Positions 1-8,032 of a stretch of DNA of 16,377 nt are shown piece after piece (within the stretch, counting starts at the first letter, position 1; each line of letters starts with the position of its first letter). A program made the position numbers and the translations under genes. Source of the DNA: Chlamydiales bacterium (GTDB taxonomy: Bacteria > Chlamydiota > Chlamydiia > Chlamydiales > JBDQID01); the NCBI GenBank assembly GCA_047611865.1, contig JBLFWS010000063.1:1-16377 (forward strand). The letters run 5' to 3'. The notes beneath the pieces are model-generated. The model was not told the origin of the DNA and did no database searches. It saw only the letters and a list, made by a program, of their open reading frames with translations.

Positions 1-286
1 CAGGATATGGGCGGCTCGCAGGATAATTTATCATTTTCTGTGGAAAGTACCTCATAAATCCCTCTATATAGAGCTCTGACAAAGTGTTTGAGCTCGACTT
101 CTTCAGCTTAAAACCCTCTAGACTTCGTCTATGTCACTCATTTGATTTCAATAAATCTTGCGCACTTCAGCACGCTTCTGCACCAGGATAGGGTGTCCAC
201 CCGGCTTTAAATACAGCAAAAAGAGTGGGTCGTTTAGCATCAATATGTTACACTTTTTCTTGTGAAAACGGGAGCGGTGTTCGGAA

Positions 287-2164
287 ATGACTAAAAACTC
301 ATACTCAATAAGACAGGCCAGAGCTATTCTCAGGTCTATTTATCTTCTTTATAAATCCAAGTGGAAAAATCTTTCTTTTTTGAACTTAAGTCTTGTGGAA
401 GAAGATTTGGGAAAGCTGGATCAGGCTTTACTGGCTAAAGACCAAGAAACAGCTGACACTCTTGCTCGTAAATTAGAAACATTCGCTAGCACATACTTTC
501 GAAAAACGCCTTTTGATCACCTCAGAGAAATCTTTTTTGCCATGCTAGGTGCATTGTTGATTGCCATTGTTGTTAAACAAATGTGGTTTGAAATAATGGT
601 GATCCCTACGGGGTCTATGAGGCCTACCTTTAAGGAGCAGGATCACCTCATTGTGAACAAAGATTGCTTTGGCTTGAATATTCCTCTTTTAGCAAAACAA
701 TTCTTCTTTGATCCAAGCACTGTGGAAAGAACGGGAACATTTATTTTCAGACCCGAGAACATGGATATAAAAGATACCGACACCAGCTATTTCGGAATAC
801 CCGCAAAAAAACGCTTTATCAAGCGTTGTATGGGAAAGCCAGGTGACACCTTGTATTTTTATGGAGGGAAAATCTATGGATTTGACAGGGATGGAAAAGA
901 TCTTTTAACTCTCCGTGAAGCTCCCTGGATTGAAAATCTCGAACATGTGCCTTTCATAAACTTCGATGGGCGCGTAGATACTTCTTCGTGGGATTCCAAT
1001 GGTTATTTCAACCCCGTTTATTATAAACAAATGAACCAAACGATTGCTAAGCAATCTGTCTTTTTGAACAAAAAAGTTCAAGGCGAAGTCATGGATGGCG
1101 AGCAATGGACAGATGAAAGCTCTTCCCTTGCCTATGCGGATTTTTGGGGAATGAAAAACTATGGAATGGTTCGCTTAATGAGCAAGAATGAGCTCTACGC
1201 TTATTCCTCGGCAGAACTCAAAAACCTTCCTGAGAGTGATATGTATTTGGAAATTCGTCATTCCCCTCATCTTTCCAGGGGGCAAATGAATGTAGATAGC
1301 TATAATCGAATCCGACCTCTACTTAGTATTCATACTTCGATACTTCCCCTGGGGAAAAAGCAGCTTGAGCGCATCATGGAGAATATGTACACGATGCGAT
1401 TTGATGTGGAAGATGGAACTGCCAAAAGGTACAGCATAAATGCTTCGCCCATAAGAAAAAAAAGTTTTCTGCCAAAATTTTCTGGGGTAGAAAATGGAAG
1501 GTATGAGTTTTATAATGGAATAGCCTCAGAGATTTCCTGGGGAGGTAAAGCCTCTCCCTTAAGTGAGGACCACCTTCTGTATCAAAAATCACAAGAGAAT
1601 ATCCAAAAGCTTTTCAATTTGGGTATCGAAATGCTTAATCCTTTCGCTCCGTACACAAAAGGGCAGCAACTTTTCCCTTCGCGATTCACATATTTTCGTA
1701 ATGGAGATCTTTATTTGATGGGAGCTCCTATTGTTTTTAAAGATGAAGCCAATCTACTGGCCTTTCATGACAGGGAGAAGCTTTTGCATTCTGAAAATAG
1801 AATGCATCAACCTTTTTACGATCACGGACCACCATTGAATGATGACGGAACTCTTGACATAGCACGTATAGAAACCTATGGCTTGAAGATTCCTGAAGGG
1901 ATGTACCTGGCCCTCGGAGATAACCATGCAGCCAGTGGTGATAGTAGGGATTTTGGTTTCGTTCCTGAGGAAAATATTCGTGGTACAGCAGGTCTTGTTC
2001 TATGGCCACCGGGAGAGAGGTGGGGGTACTCAGCACAAGGGATTACTCCGTGGATAACAGTTCCTCGTGTTCTCATATTTATGACGCTTTTACTTTCTTT
2101 TTCGGGATATTTTTTCTTGGAAACTTATCGAAAGAAACGACCTCTTTTCAAAAAGCTTTCTTAA
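287..2164 (+). CDS. lepB: Signal peptidase I, long chlamydial type (625 aa)
   Basis: TM segment followed by box B IPTGSMRPT (catalytic Ser), box D FIKRCMGKPGD (catalytic Lys) and box E GDNHAASGDSRDFG. The N-terminal helical extension and large insert between boxes D and E match chlamydial LepB as I recall it. Confidence 0.95.
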   Translation: MTKNSYSIRQARAILRSIYLLYKSKWKNLSFLNLSLVEEDLGKLDQALLAKDQETADTLARKLETFASTYFRKTPFDHLREIFFAMLGALLIAIVVKQMWFEIMVIPTGSMRPTFKEQDHLIVNKDCFGLNIPLLAKQFFFDPSTVERTGTFIFRPENMDIKDTDTSYFGIPAKKRFIKRCMGKPGDTLYFYGGKIYGFDRDGKDLLTLREAPWIENLEHVPFINFDGRVDTSSWDSNGYFNPVYYKQMNQTIAKQSVFLNKKVQGEVMDGEQWTDESSSLAYADFWGMKNYGMVRLMSKNELYAYSSAELKNLPESDMYLEIRHSPHLSRGQMNVDSYNRIRPLLSIHTSILPLGKKQLERIMENMYTMRFDVEDGTAKRYSINASPIRKKSFLPKFSGVENGRYEFYNGIASEISWGGKASPLSEDHLLYQKSQENIQKLFNLGIEMLNPFAPYTKGQQLFPSRFTYFRNGDLYLMGAPIVFKDEANLLAFHDREKLLHSENRMHQPFYDHGPPLNDDGTLDIARIETYGLKIPEGMYLALGDNHAASGDSRDFGFVPEENIRGTAGLVLWPPGERWGYSAQGITPWITVPRVLIFMTLLLSFSGYFFLETYRKKRPLFKKLS

Positions 2165-2177
2165 TTGTAACGAGAGA

Positions 2178-2213
2178 TATACCTAGACAAGTTCAAGAAC
2201 TTGTTTAGGTATA
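2178..2213. repeat. Palindromic element with 17-bp arms (TATAC...GTATA); may also act as the lepB terminator
   Basis: TATACCTAGACAAGTTC-AA-GAACTTGTTTAGGTATA, one G-T pair, starting 13 nt after the lepB stop. No clear U-tract. Confidence 0.8.
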
Positions 2214-2221
2214 GGCACTTA

Positions 2222-2250
2222 TTGACAAATTAAATAAAATATTATAATAT
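2222..2250 (+). promoter_or_regulatory. Putative sigma66/sigma70 promoter
   Basis: TTGACA at 2222-2227. TAATAT at 2245-2250 gives a 17-nt spacer; TATAAT at 2243-2248 gives a 15-nt spacer. Confidence 0.5.
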
Positions 2251-2365
2251 ATTTATGGGTTTGGGGGAAGTTAACGGGACTAGAAAAGCCTTAACGAAGC
2301 CTTTAAAAAATGTATCTTTTGTATCGATTATAGTCTGTTCTAAACAGGAAGATTCTTCCCGCGTA

Positions 2366-2407
2366 TATGCCCCCATCAGCCACAAGCTTGTGGCTGATGG
2401 GGGTATA
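2366..2407. repeat. 42-bp palindrome with a perfect 34-bp core
   Basis: TATGCCCCCATCAGCCACAAG|CTTGTGGCTGATGGGGGTATA; perfect dyad over 2370-2403 with no loop. Confidence 0.9.
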
Positions 2408-2431
2408 AATCGGACATCTTGAAGAATTCCA

Positions 2432-2447
2432 TGGCATTGAAATTGCA
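2432..2447 (+). promoter_or_regulatory. Putative sigma54 (RpoN) -24/-12 promoter
   Basis: TGGCAT-TGAAA-TTGCA versus consensus TGGCAC-N5-TTGCW. GG (2433-34) and GC (2445-46) are exactly 10 nt apart, about 90 nt upstream of the ATG at 2538. Confidence 0.55.
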
Positions 2448-2537
2448 TGGGAATATCTGCGGCCTAGCTTGAGTTGCCGGATGTACGACTATATCTTTAA
2501 AGGACCTTTTCCGGTGTTGGATACAAGGAGGTGCCAA

Positions 2538-2933
2538 ATGGCCTATACAGTTGCTCTCTTTGGAGAGTCTGAAAAAGGAGAATATAGAACAGCGTATTTT
2601 TGCCAGACTCTAACCCAGTTGGCAGAGAACCTTGGACACCCCCCAATAGAAAGCCAAGGTTTGCATCTAGCAGTACAAACTCTATTATTTAGACGGAACT
2701 TGATCTTTTTTCGGGTGAAGGAAGAGGGGTTTAGTGTTCAGGATTATCTTTTGGGGCTGCGTTTTCTGGAGAACAACCAGTTTGTCTCAAATTTGGCGGC
2801 GATCTGTTTGCCAGGGGTGGGTGATGCTGATATTATTGAGGCTACCGAGCCTGTTTGTGATGCGCATAGTAGCTTTCTAATATGTTCGGAATCTGATTTG
2901 TACGATTTTTTAACTGCCAATACGAAGTATTAA
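2538..2933 (+). CDS. Conserved chlamydial hypothetical protein, CT602-like (131 aa)
   Basis: Strong SD AAGGAGGT before ATG 2538, preferred over TTG 2469. The sequence (MAYTVALFGESEKG...FFRVKEEGFS...LPGVG...DLYDFL) resembles the chlamydial hypothetical found beside ahpC (recalled, not searched). Confidence 0.75.
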   Translation: MAYTVALFGESEKGEYRTAYFCQTLTQLAENLGHPPIESQGLHLAVQTLLFRRNLIFFRVKEEGFSVQDYLLGLRFLENNQFVSNLAAICLPGVGDADIIEATEPVCDAHSSFLICSESDLYDFLTANTKY

Positions 2934-2935
2934 TT

Positions 2936-3045
2936 TATACTGGAATCGGCCACAAGCTTTAATTTGTATGCTGAGATTTTTGCGCTTCAACAGCCAAAAA
3001 AATCTCTGCCCACAAATTCAAAGTTTGCGGCCGAGTTTAGTTATA
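2936..3045. repeat. Imperfect long inverted repeat (MITE/REP-like)
   Basis: Left arm TCGGCCACAAGCTTTAATTTGTATGCTGAGATTTTTG (from 2946) pairs with the arm ending at 3034 (reverse complement TCGGCCGCAAACTTTGAATTTGTGGGCAGAGATTTTTTTG). The element begins TATACTG and ends TAGTTATA. Confidence 0.8.
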
Positions 3046-3047
3046 TT

Positions 3048-3083
3048 AAAAAAAGCGCCAAGTAGGTTGTGGCGCTTTTCTTA
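3048..3083. terminator. Bidirectional intrinsic terminator between the CT602-like gene and ahpC
   Basis: A7-GCGCCA-AGTAGGTTG-TGGCGC-TTTTCTT: GC stem flanked by A and T tracts, between convergent genes. Confidence 0.8.
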
Positions 3084-3104
3084 TTTGTCCCCAAATTTTC
3101 AAAA

Positions 3105-3710
3105 TTAGTTCAGGAATGAAGCGAGGCCTGCTTCTGTAGGAATCATGGCTTTTTCGCCATTTTTCCAGTTAGCAGGGCAAACTTCTCCATTTTCTTCAAA
3201 GAAATTTAGAGAATCCACCATTCTAATTGCTTCGTCAATGGAGCGTCCAAGAGGAAGGTCGTTTATGAGCTGATGGCGTACTACACCTTTCTTGTCTATG
3301 AGGAACAGACCGCGGAAAGCAATGCCTTCTTCTTCGTTAAGAACACCAAAGCTTCTGGAAATTGTTTTGTTGATGTCTGAGATGATAGGGTATTTGATGC
3401 CTTCGATTCCACCTTGAAGCTTAGGTGTTCTGAGCCATGCGCAGTGAGCATATACACTGTCAATAGAGCAGCCGACGACTTTTGTGGAGCGTTTTTCAAA
3501 CTCAGCAAGCTTTTCCTGGAAGGCGTGAAGCTCTGTTGGGCACACAAAGGTGAAATCTAGTGGGTAAAAGAAGAGTACAACATTTTCTCCAAGGAAGTTT
3601 TCTAAAGAAAAGTCTTCCAGGATAGTTTGCTCTACAACAGCTTTTGCTTTGAATTCAGGGGCTTTTTTCCCGACTAGGGATCTGGGGTAGTTTTCAGAAA
3701 AGTTGTTCAT
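3105..3710 (-). CDS. ahpC: Typical 2-Cys peroxiredoxin (AhpC/TSA)
   Basis: FYPLDFTFVCPTE peroxidatic motif, GEVCPANW resolving motif, SD AGGAG upstream. Confidence 0.96.
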   Translation of the reverse strand: MNNFSENYPRSLVGKKAPEFKAKAVVEQTILEDFSLENFLGENVVLFFYPLDFTFVCPTELHAFQEKLAEFEKRSTKVVGCSIDSVYAHCAWLRTPKLQGGIEGIKYPIISDINKTISRSFGVLNEEEGIAFRGLFLIDKKGVVRHQLINDLPLGRSIDEAIRMVDSLNFFEENGEVCPANWKNGEKAMIPTEAGLASFLN

Positions 3711-3785
3711 TTTTGAAACTCCTACTTGTGAATCTTATTTAAAATAAATAATTGGTAAAAACTTTTTTAGCGTAATGGGCCATTT

Positions 3786-4421
3786 TTAGTCTCCAAATAT
3801 TTGCTTTGCATTTGGGAGCCAGTATTCGCTTTCTATAGTCGTATTTTCTCCGTGGCCGGGTAGTACTTGAGTTTCCTTGGGCAGTTTTTCGATCTTGGCT
3901 AGGGAGGCCCACATGAGCTCGGGTTGCGCAGTAGGAAATGAGAGGTTACCAATGCTTCCTTGAAATAAGGTATCTCCAGAAAAAAGGGTCTGTTCTTTGG
4001 GGATATAGAAACATACGCCACCGGGAGTATGTCCGGGTGTATGGATGACCTGGATTTCGAGTTTGCCGAGGGATATTTTATCGTCTTCACTGAGGAAATG
4101 ATCGGCTTTGACTCCTTCGCAAGGGCCAAAAAGAGGAAGGCCATCTGTTCCGGGAGTTTCCAAATTCCCTTTATCCAAATGGTGAACGTACACTGGAGCC
4201 TTGTGCTCAGTCTTCAGGGTGTGGGTATCCTTGATGTGATCCCAATGGCTATGTGTGAGAAGAATTTTGTCTACTTTTAGCTGCGCTTCTTTTAAAAAAA
4301 TATTAATGGGTGAAGCGCTTCCGGGAGCAGGATCGATAATAGCGGCTTTACTTGTTTCCTCACAGACCAAAACGTAAGCATTCGTAACGAAAGGACCTGA
4401 TGGAAATTTCTTGATTATCAT
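3786..4421 (-). CDS. MBL-fold metallo-hydrolase (glyoxalase II/YcbL-like)
   Basis: THSHWDH, HTPGHTPG, LFSGDTLF and PGHG motifs. Confidence 0.92.
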   Translation of the reverse strand: MIIKKFPSGPFVTNAYVLVCEETSKAAIIDPAPGSASPINIFLKEAQLKVDKILLTHSHWDHIKDTHTLKTEHKAPVYVHHLDKGNLETPGTDGLPLFGPCEGVKADHFLSEDDKISLGKLEIQVIHTPGHTPGGVCFYIPKEQTLFSGDTLFQGSIGNLSFPTAQPELMWASLAKIEKLPKETQVLPGHGENTTIESEYWLPNAKQIFGD

Positions 4422-4450
4422 AGGTTTGTGTGGAACAATGTGTTAAGAAA

Positions 4451-4524
4451 TGCACCGGAGAGGATTCGAACCTCTAACCGCCCGGTTCGTAGCCGGGTAC
4501 TCTATCCAATTGAGCTACCGGTGC
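4451..4524 (-). tRNA. tRNA-Arg (anticodon ACG), CCA not encoded
   Basis: Reverse complement GCACCGGTAGCTCAATTGGATAGAGTACCCGGCTACGAACCGGGCGGTTAGAGGTTCGAATCCTCTCCGGTGCA folds as a cloverleaf: anticodon stem CCCGG/CCGGG around CT-ACG-AA, T-loop TTCGAAT. Confidence 0.97.
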
Positions 4525-4595
4525 TTGGATAGGGGTAATAATGCTTCAATGGTCTCTTTTAAATCAAGGTTTTATCTACTCTCGGGTTGGTCAAA

Positions 4596-5978
4596 ATGAA
4601 TATTGTCATTTTAGGGGCTGGGCATGTGGGCTTACATTGCGCTAAGGTCCTTTCCAAAGAAGAAAATAATGTAATCCTGATAGACAAAGACGCACGTCAG
4701 CTGGAGATTGCTTCCCGAGAGATTGATGTGGCAACAAGGCTTGGTGATGGGACTGACTGGCAGCTTTTAGAGGAGCTAACGGAGCTGAACCCAGAGATTT
4801 TTCTGGCGTTAACGGGCTCTGATGAGACCAACCTTGCAGCCTGCGCGATAGCAAAAAACTTGGGGTATGAGCAGACGATAGCTTCTGTGAAGCATGCGCG
4901 TTTTTTGAATTGTTCTCGTATAGATTTTGGCCGTGTCTTTTATGTAGACCACTTTGTCTCTCCCGATCTCTTGACGGCAGAAGAAATTTACCAGTGTATC
5001 GTGTCGCCAGGTTCCATTGGATCGGAAAGTTTTGCTCATGGTTCTGTGCAGATGCGTACTTTTGTGGTGCCTAAGAAGTGGAGGAAAGTTGACAAGAAAC
5101 TCATGGAGCTTAGCTTACCTGCCGGGATGATGGTAGGCCTCATCTCCAGAGATGCAACGGGGGGGGGGACTGGCAAGGGTAATGCTTCTATGAAAAATAT
5201 GCGTTGCTTCTTCCCTCATGGTGAGGACAGCATAAGCCATGGCGACGAGGTGACGATAATAGGCGAGAGTGATGCTATTGCCGGCGCTCATCAGTTTTTT
5301 GGCATTATACAGAAAACAGTTCAGTCAGCGGTTATCATTGGGGGATCTCTCATAGGCCTTCAACTGGCGAAGATTTTGGAAAGGCGCGGGATTAGCGTAA
5401 GGCTTATCGAAAAGGATTTTGATAAGTGTAGTGTATTGGCTGAAAGGCTGGCAAATACTACGGTCCTTCATCATGATGGGACGGATTTTGGTTTTTTGCA
5501 GTCGGAAAAGGTGGGTAATGCAGATGTTTTCGTTGCCTGTACAGGTAGTGACGAAGTAAATTTGTTGGCGGCCATTTTGGGGAAGGAAGCAGGATGTGAA
5601 TATGTTGTCACTGTTACGTCTGATACGCTCTACATTCCAGTCTTGACGAGATTGGGAATCAGACATGCGGTTTCTCCTCGAATCAACGCAGTGAATAGGA
5701 TCCTATCTATTACTCAAAGGGAAACAGTAGCATCAATGGTCTCTCTCTATGAGGGAAAAGCTGAGGTTATGGAGATTCGTGTGTCTATGGACTCTCGTTT
5801 AGCAGGTATTCCTATTTCGGAGCTAGGTCCTCAGCTACCACATGATTTTCTTATTGCGATTATTCAGAACAGGGGTCGTATTATGGTGGCAAATGGGAAT
5901 CGCATTTTAAGTCCTGGTGATACGGTTATTGCTATAACAGATCCTAGACATTTAAAAGATTTGCGACAGCTTTTCTGA
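4596..5978 (+). CDS. trkA: Trk system K+ transporter regulatory subunit (tandem RCK domains)
   Basis: Two Rossmann GxGxxG-type motifs (ILGAGHVG, IIGGSLIG), DETNL and DEVNL motifs, two TrkA-C domains, ~460 aa. ATG 4596 preferred over TTG 4587. Confidence 0.94.
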   Translation: MNIVILGAGHVGLHCAKVLSKEENNVILIDKDARQLEIASREIDVATRLGDGTDWQLLEELTELNPEIFLALTGSDETNLAACAIAKNLGYEQTIASVKHARFLNCSRIDFGRVFYVDHFVSPDLLTAEEIYQCIVSPGSIGSESFAHGSVQMRTFVVPKKWRKVDKKLMELSLPAGMMVGLISRDATGGGTGKGNASMKNMRCFFPHGEDSISHGDEVTIIGESDAIAGAHQFFGIIQKTVQSAVIIGGSLIGLQLAKILERRGISVRLIEKDFDKCSVLAERLANTTVLHHDGTDFGFLQSEKVGNADVFVACTGSDEVNLLAAILGKEAGCEYVVTVTSDTLYIPVLTRLGIRHAVSPRINAVNRILSITQRETVASMVSLYEGKAEVMEIRVSMDSRLAGIPISELGPQLPHDFLIAIIQNRGRIMVANGNRILSPGDTVIAITDPRHLKDLRQLF

Positions 5979-6009
5979 TTGTGGTCTAGATTAATACGGT
6001 GAGGTGGGG

Positions 6010-7656
6010 ATGTCATATCGGGAAATCAGTAGGGTTATCGGGCAGTATCTGTTCTATTTCTCTATTTTGCTGTTAATTCCCCTCTGTATCGCAGCATATT
6101 ACGAGTTCATGGCAGATCCTGAGCTACACCCACAGCCACACAGTACTTTGGCGTTTTTTTTCTCGGCTATAATCAGTGCTACTTTGTCGCTTTGCTTTCG
6201 AGTAATGGGAGCGCGCGCTTCAGGAACTTTGTATCGAAGGGAAGCCCTGGCTATTGTGGTAATGATTTGGTTTATTTCTGCTCTACTTGGGGGGATTCCG
6301 TTTTACCTTTCGAAAACTTTTGAAAACCCTGTGGATTGCTATTTTGAGGCTATGTCGGGTCTGACAACGACTGGAGCTTCGGTGATGCACCCTAAGGCTT
6401 TTGACTCAGAGACTGGTGAGGAAATAGCCTATAATATCAAAGATACCTGGGGATGGAAAGACCCTTATGTGTTTTATGGGACAATTAATCCTGTGAGAGA
6501 CCCTAAAACGGGTGCTGAGATATATAGAGGGATCGAAGCTGTGGGGAGGGCTGTCCTGTTCTGGAGGAGTTTCCTGCAATGGCTGGGAGGAATGGGGATT
6601 GTTGTATTGTTTATTGCGGTACTTCCGGCACTAGGAGTTGGAGGTAAAGTTCTATTTCAAGCTGAGGTTCCAGGCCCGACTAAGGATGCCGTCACCCCGA
6701 GAATTAGAGAGACAGCGGGCGTCTTGTGGAAGCTGTATTTAGGTTTCACAATAGTAGAAGTTCTTCTTCTAATGTATACCAATGAAAATATAGATCTCTT
6801 TAATGCTGTCGCGATTACCTTTTCAAACCTATCTACGGGTGGGTTCAGCGTGCGTAACGCTAGTATTGGGGCGTATGAAAGTGCCACAACGGAATGGATT
6901 GTGATGTCATTTATGCTTTTGGGTAGTATTAATTTTGCCCTGTATTTCCACTGTTTAAAAGGGAAAATCTATCGACTTTATGAGCCTGAATTTATTGCAT
7001 ATATTGTGTCTATCTTGATTGGAAGTCTGATTGTAATTTGGCATTTAATCGGTATAGAAAAGAATCTTCTTACTGGTGAAACGGGTATCTTTAGTAGTGG
7101 TGAGGCCATTCGTTACGGTGCTTTCCATTTGATCTCAGCACAAACATCAACGGGTTATGTGACAGCAAATTTTGATGCCTGGCCATCTGCGGTGCAGGTC
7201 TTGATGCTGATGGTGATGTTTGTTGGTAGTATGTCTGGTTCGACAGGTGGAGGCATCAAAATTGTCCGGCATTATATGCTTCTCAGGATTGCTAAAAATA
7301 AGGTGGAATCAATTTTTCGGCCGGAAACTGTGAGGACTTTGCGGATAGGTAATCAGGAAGTTGATCAAAATGTAGCCAACACGGTTTTGACATTTTTCTT
7401 TATCGTGGTGTCTTTGACGGCTTTGGGGACATTTCTACTTGTAATGGATGGGGTAGATCCTGAGACATCACTTGGTATTAATGCTTGTATGATTAACAAC
7501 ATAGGTATGGCTTTTCGAGTAGCTGGCCCTACAGGTTCTTTCGCTTTTCTTTCAAGCTTTGGAAAAATCCTATCGAGTATATGGATGGTTCTCGGCCGTC
7601 TGGAATTTTTCGCTTTGCTGATTGTTTTGGTGCCCGCATTTTGGAGAGGGAAGTAG
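6010..7656 (+). CDS. trkH: Trk system K+ uptake membrane subunit
   Basis: Four P-loop filters (TTTGA, STGGF, TSTGY, NNIGM), QWLGGMG, GSTGGGIK, GRLE. SD GAGG precedes ATG 6010. Lies directly downstream of trkA. Confidence 0.94.
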   Translation: MSYREISRVIGQYLFYFSILLLIPLCIAAYYEFMADPELHPQPHSTLAFFFSAIISATLSLCFRVMGARASGTLYRREALAIVVMIWFISALLGGIPFYLSKTFENPVDCYFEAMSGLTTTGASVMHPKAFDSETGEEIAYNIKDTWGWKDPYVFYGTINPVRDPKTGAEIYRGIEAVGRAVLFWRSFLQWLGGMGIVVLFIAVLPALGVGGKVLFQAEVPGPTKDAVTPRIRETAGVLWKLYLGFTIVEVLLLMYTNENIDLFNAVAITFSNLSTGGFSVRNASIGAYESATTEWIVMSFMLLGSINFALYFHCLKGKIYRLYEPEFIAYIVSILIGSLIVIWHLIGIEKNLLTGETGIFSSGEAIRYGAFHLISAQTSTGYVTANFDAWPSAVQVLMLMVMFVGSMSGSTGGGIKIVRHYMLLRIAKNKVESIFRPETVRTLRIGNQEVDQNVANTVLTFFFIVVSLTALGTFLLVMDGVDPETSLGINACMINNIGMAFRVAGPTGSFAFLSSFGKILSSIWMVLGRLEFFALLIVLVPAFWRGK

Positions 7657-7697
7657 CCTTTCTCACAGGCTGCTGTTTAAGCAACCCATGACGAGAA

Positions 7698-7943
7698 TTA
7701 TTTTGTGCTACTGTTTGGAACGGAAGAGCTGTCTGACGGGGCAGAGATATTTTTCTTTGGACCGTAGTCGGTGATATAGTAGCCTGTACCTTCAAAGCGT
7801 AGGGTCGCATTAGCACCGCCTATAAGTCTGAGCAAACTACTTTCCAGGCATTCAGGGCATTTAGTGATTTTGTCTTCTGTTATCTTTTGAAAGACAGTAA
7901 GGCTATGATCACATTTCTTACATTTGTAATCGTAATTAGGCAT
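7698..7943 (-). CDS. FmdB-family zinc-ribbon protein
   Basis: MPNYDYKCKKC...CPEC...FEGTGYYITDY signature with a low-complexity Ser-rich tail; SD GGAG at 7952-7955. Confidence 0.9.
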   Translation of the reverse strand: MPNYDYKCKKCDHSLTVFQKITEDKITKCPECLESSLLRLIGGANATLRFEGTGYYITDYGPKKNISAPSDSSSVPNSSTK

Positions 7944-7960
7944 TTTTTTAGCTCCGGATT

Positions 7961-7992
7961 AAAAAAGAGGAGAAACTAAAAAGTTTCTCCTC
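7961..7992 (-). terminator. Intrinsic terminator of groESL
   Basis: Perfect 11-bp stem GAGGAGAAACT-AAAA-AGTTTCTCCTC (7967-7992) followed on the minus strand by T6. Confidence 0.85.
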
Positions 7993-8032
7993 GTAAATAT
8001 TAGTGGTCTATCAAGCTTAGTAGGGGATTGGT

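Noticed and set aside
1..95. Possible minus-strand gene start at 55 (MRYFPQKM...) and a GAGCTC...GAGCTC dyad at 71-95
   Set aside because: Only 18 codons are visible and the dyad is short enough to arise by chance.
287..2164. Unusually long LepB as a novel fusion
   Set aside because: The ~630-aa form is, as I recall, the normal chlamydial signal peptidase I; used only as a taxonomic clue.
2242..2448. 68-aa minus-strand ORF in the lepB/CT602-like intergenic region
   Set aside because: Overlaps the palindrome and promoter motifs, with no SD and no protein-family signature.
2469..2537. TTG-initiated N-terminal extension of the CT602-like ORF
   Set aside because: A strong SD (AAGGAGGT) points to ATG 2538 as the start.
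3735..3747. TTATTT-A-AAATAA dyad upstream of ahpC as a PerR/Fur-like operator
   Set aside because: Pure AT dyad in an AT-rich spacer with a poor match to the PerR or Fur consensus.
4451..7656. tRNA-Arg as an integration site for a trkAH island
   Set aside because: trkAH lies on the 5' side of the tRNA; I saw no duplicated tRNA 3' end, no integrase and no obvious composition shift.
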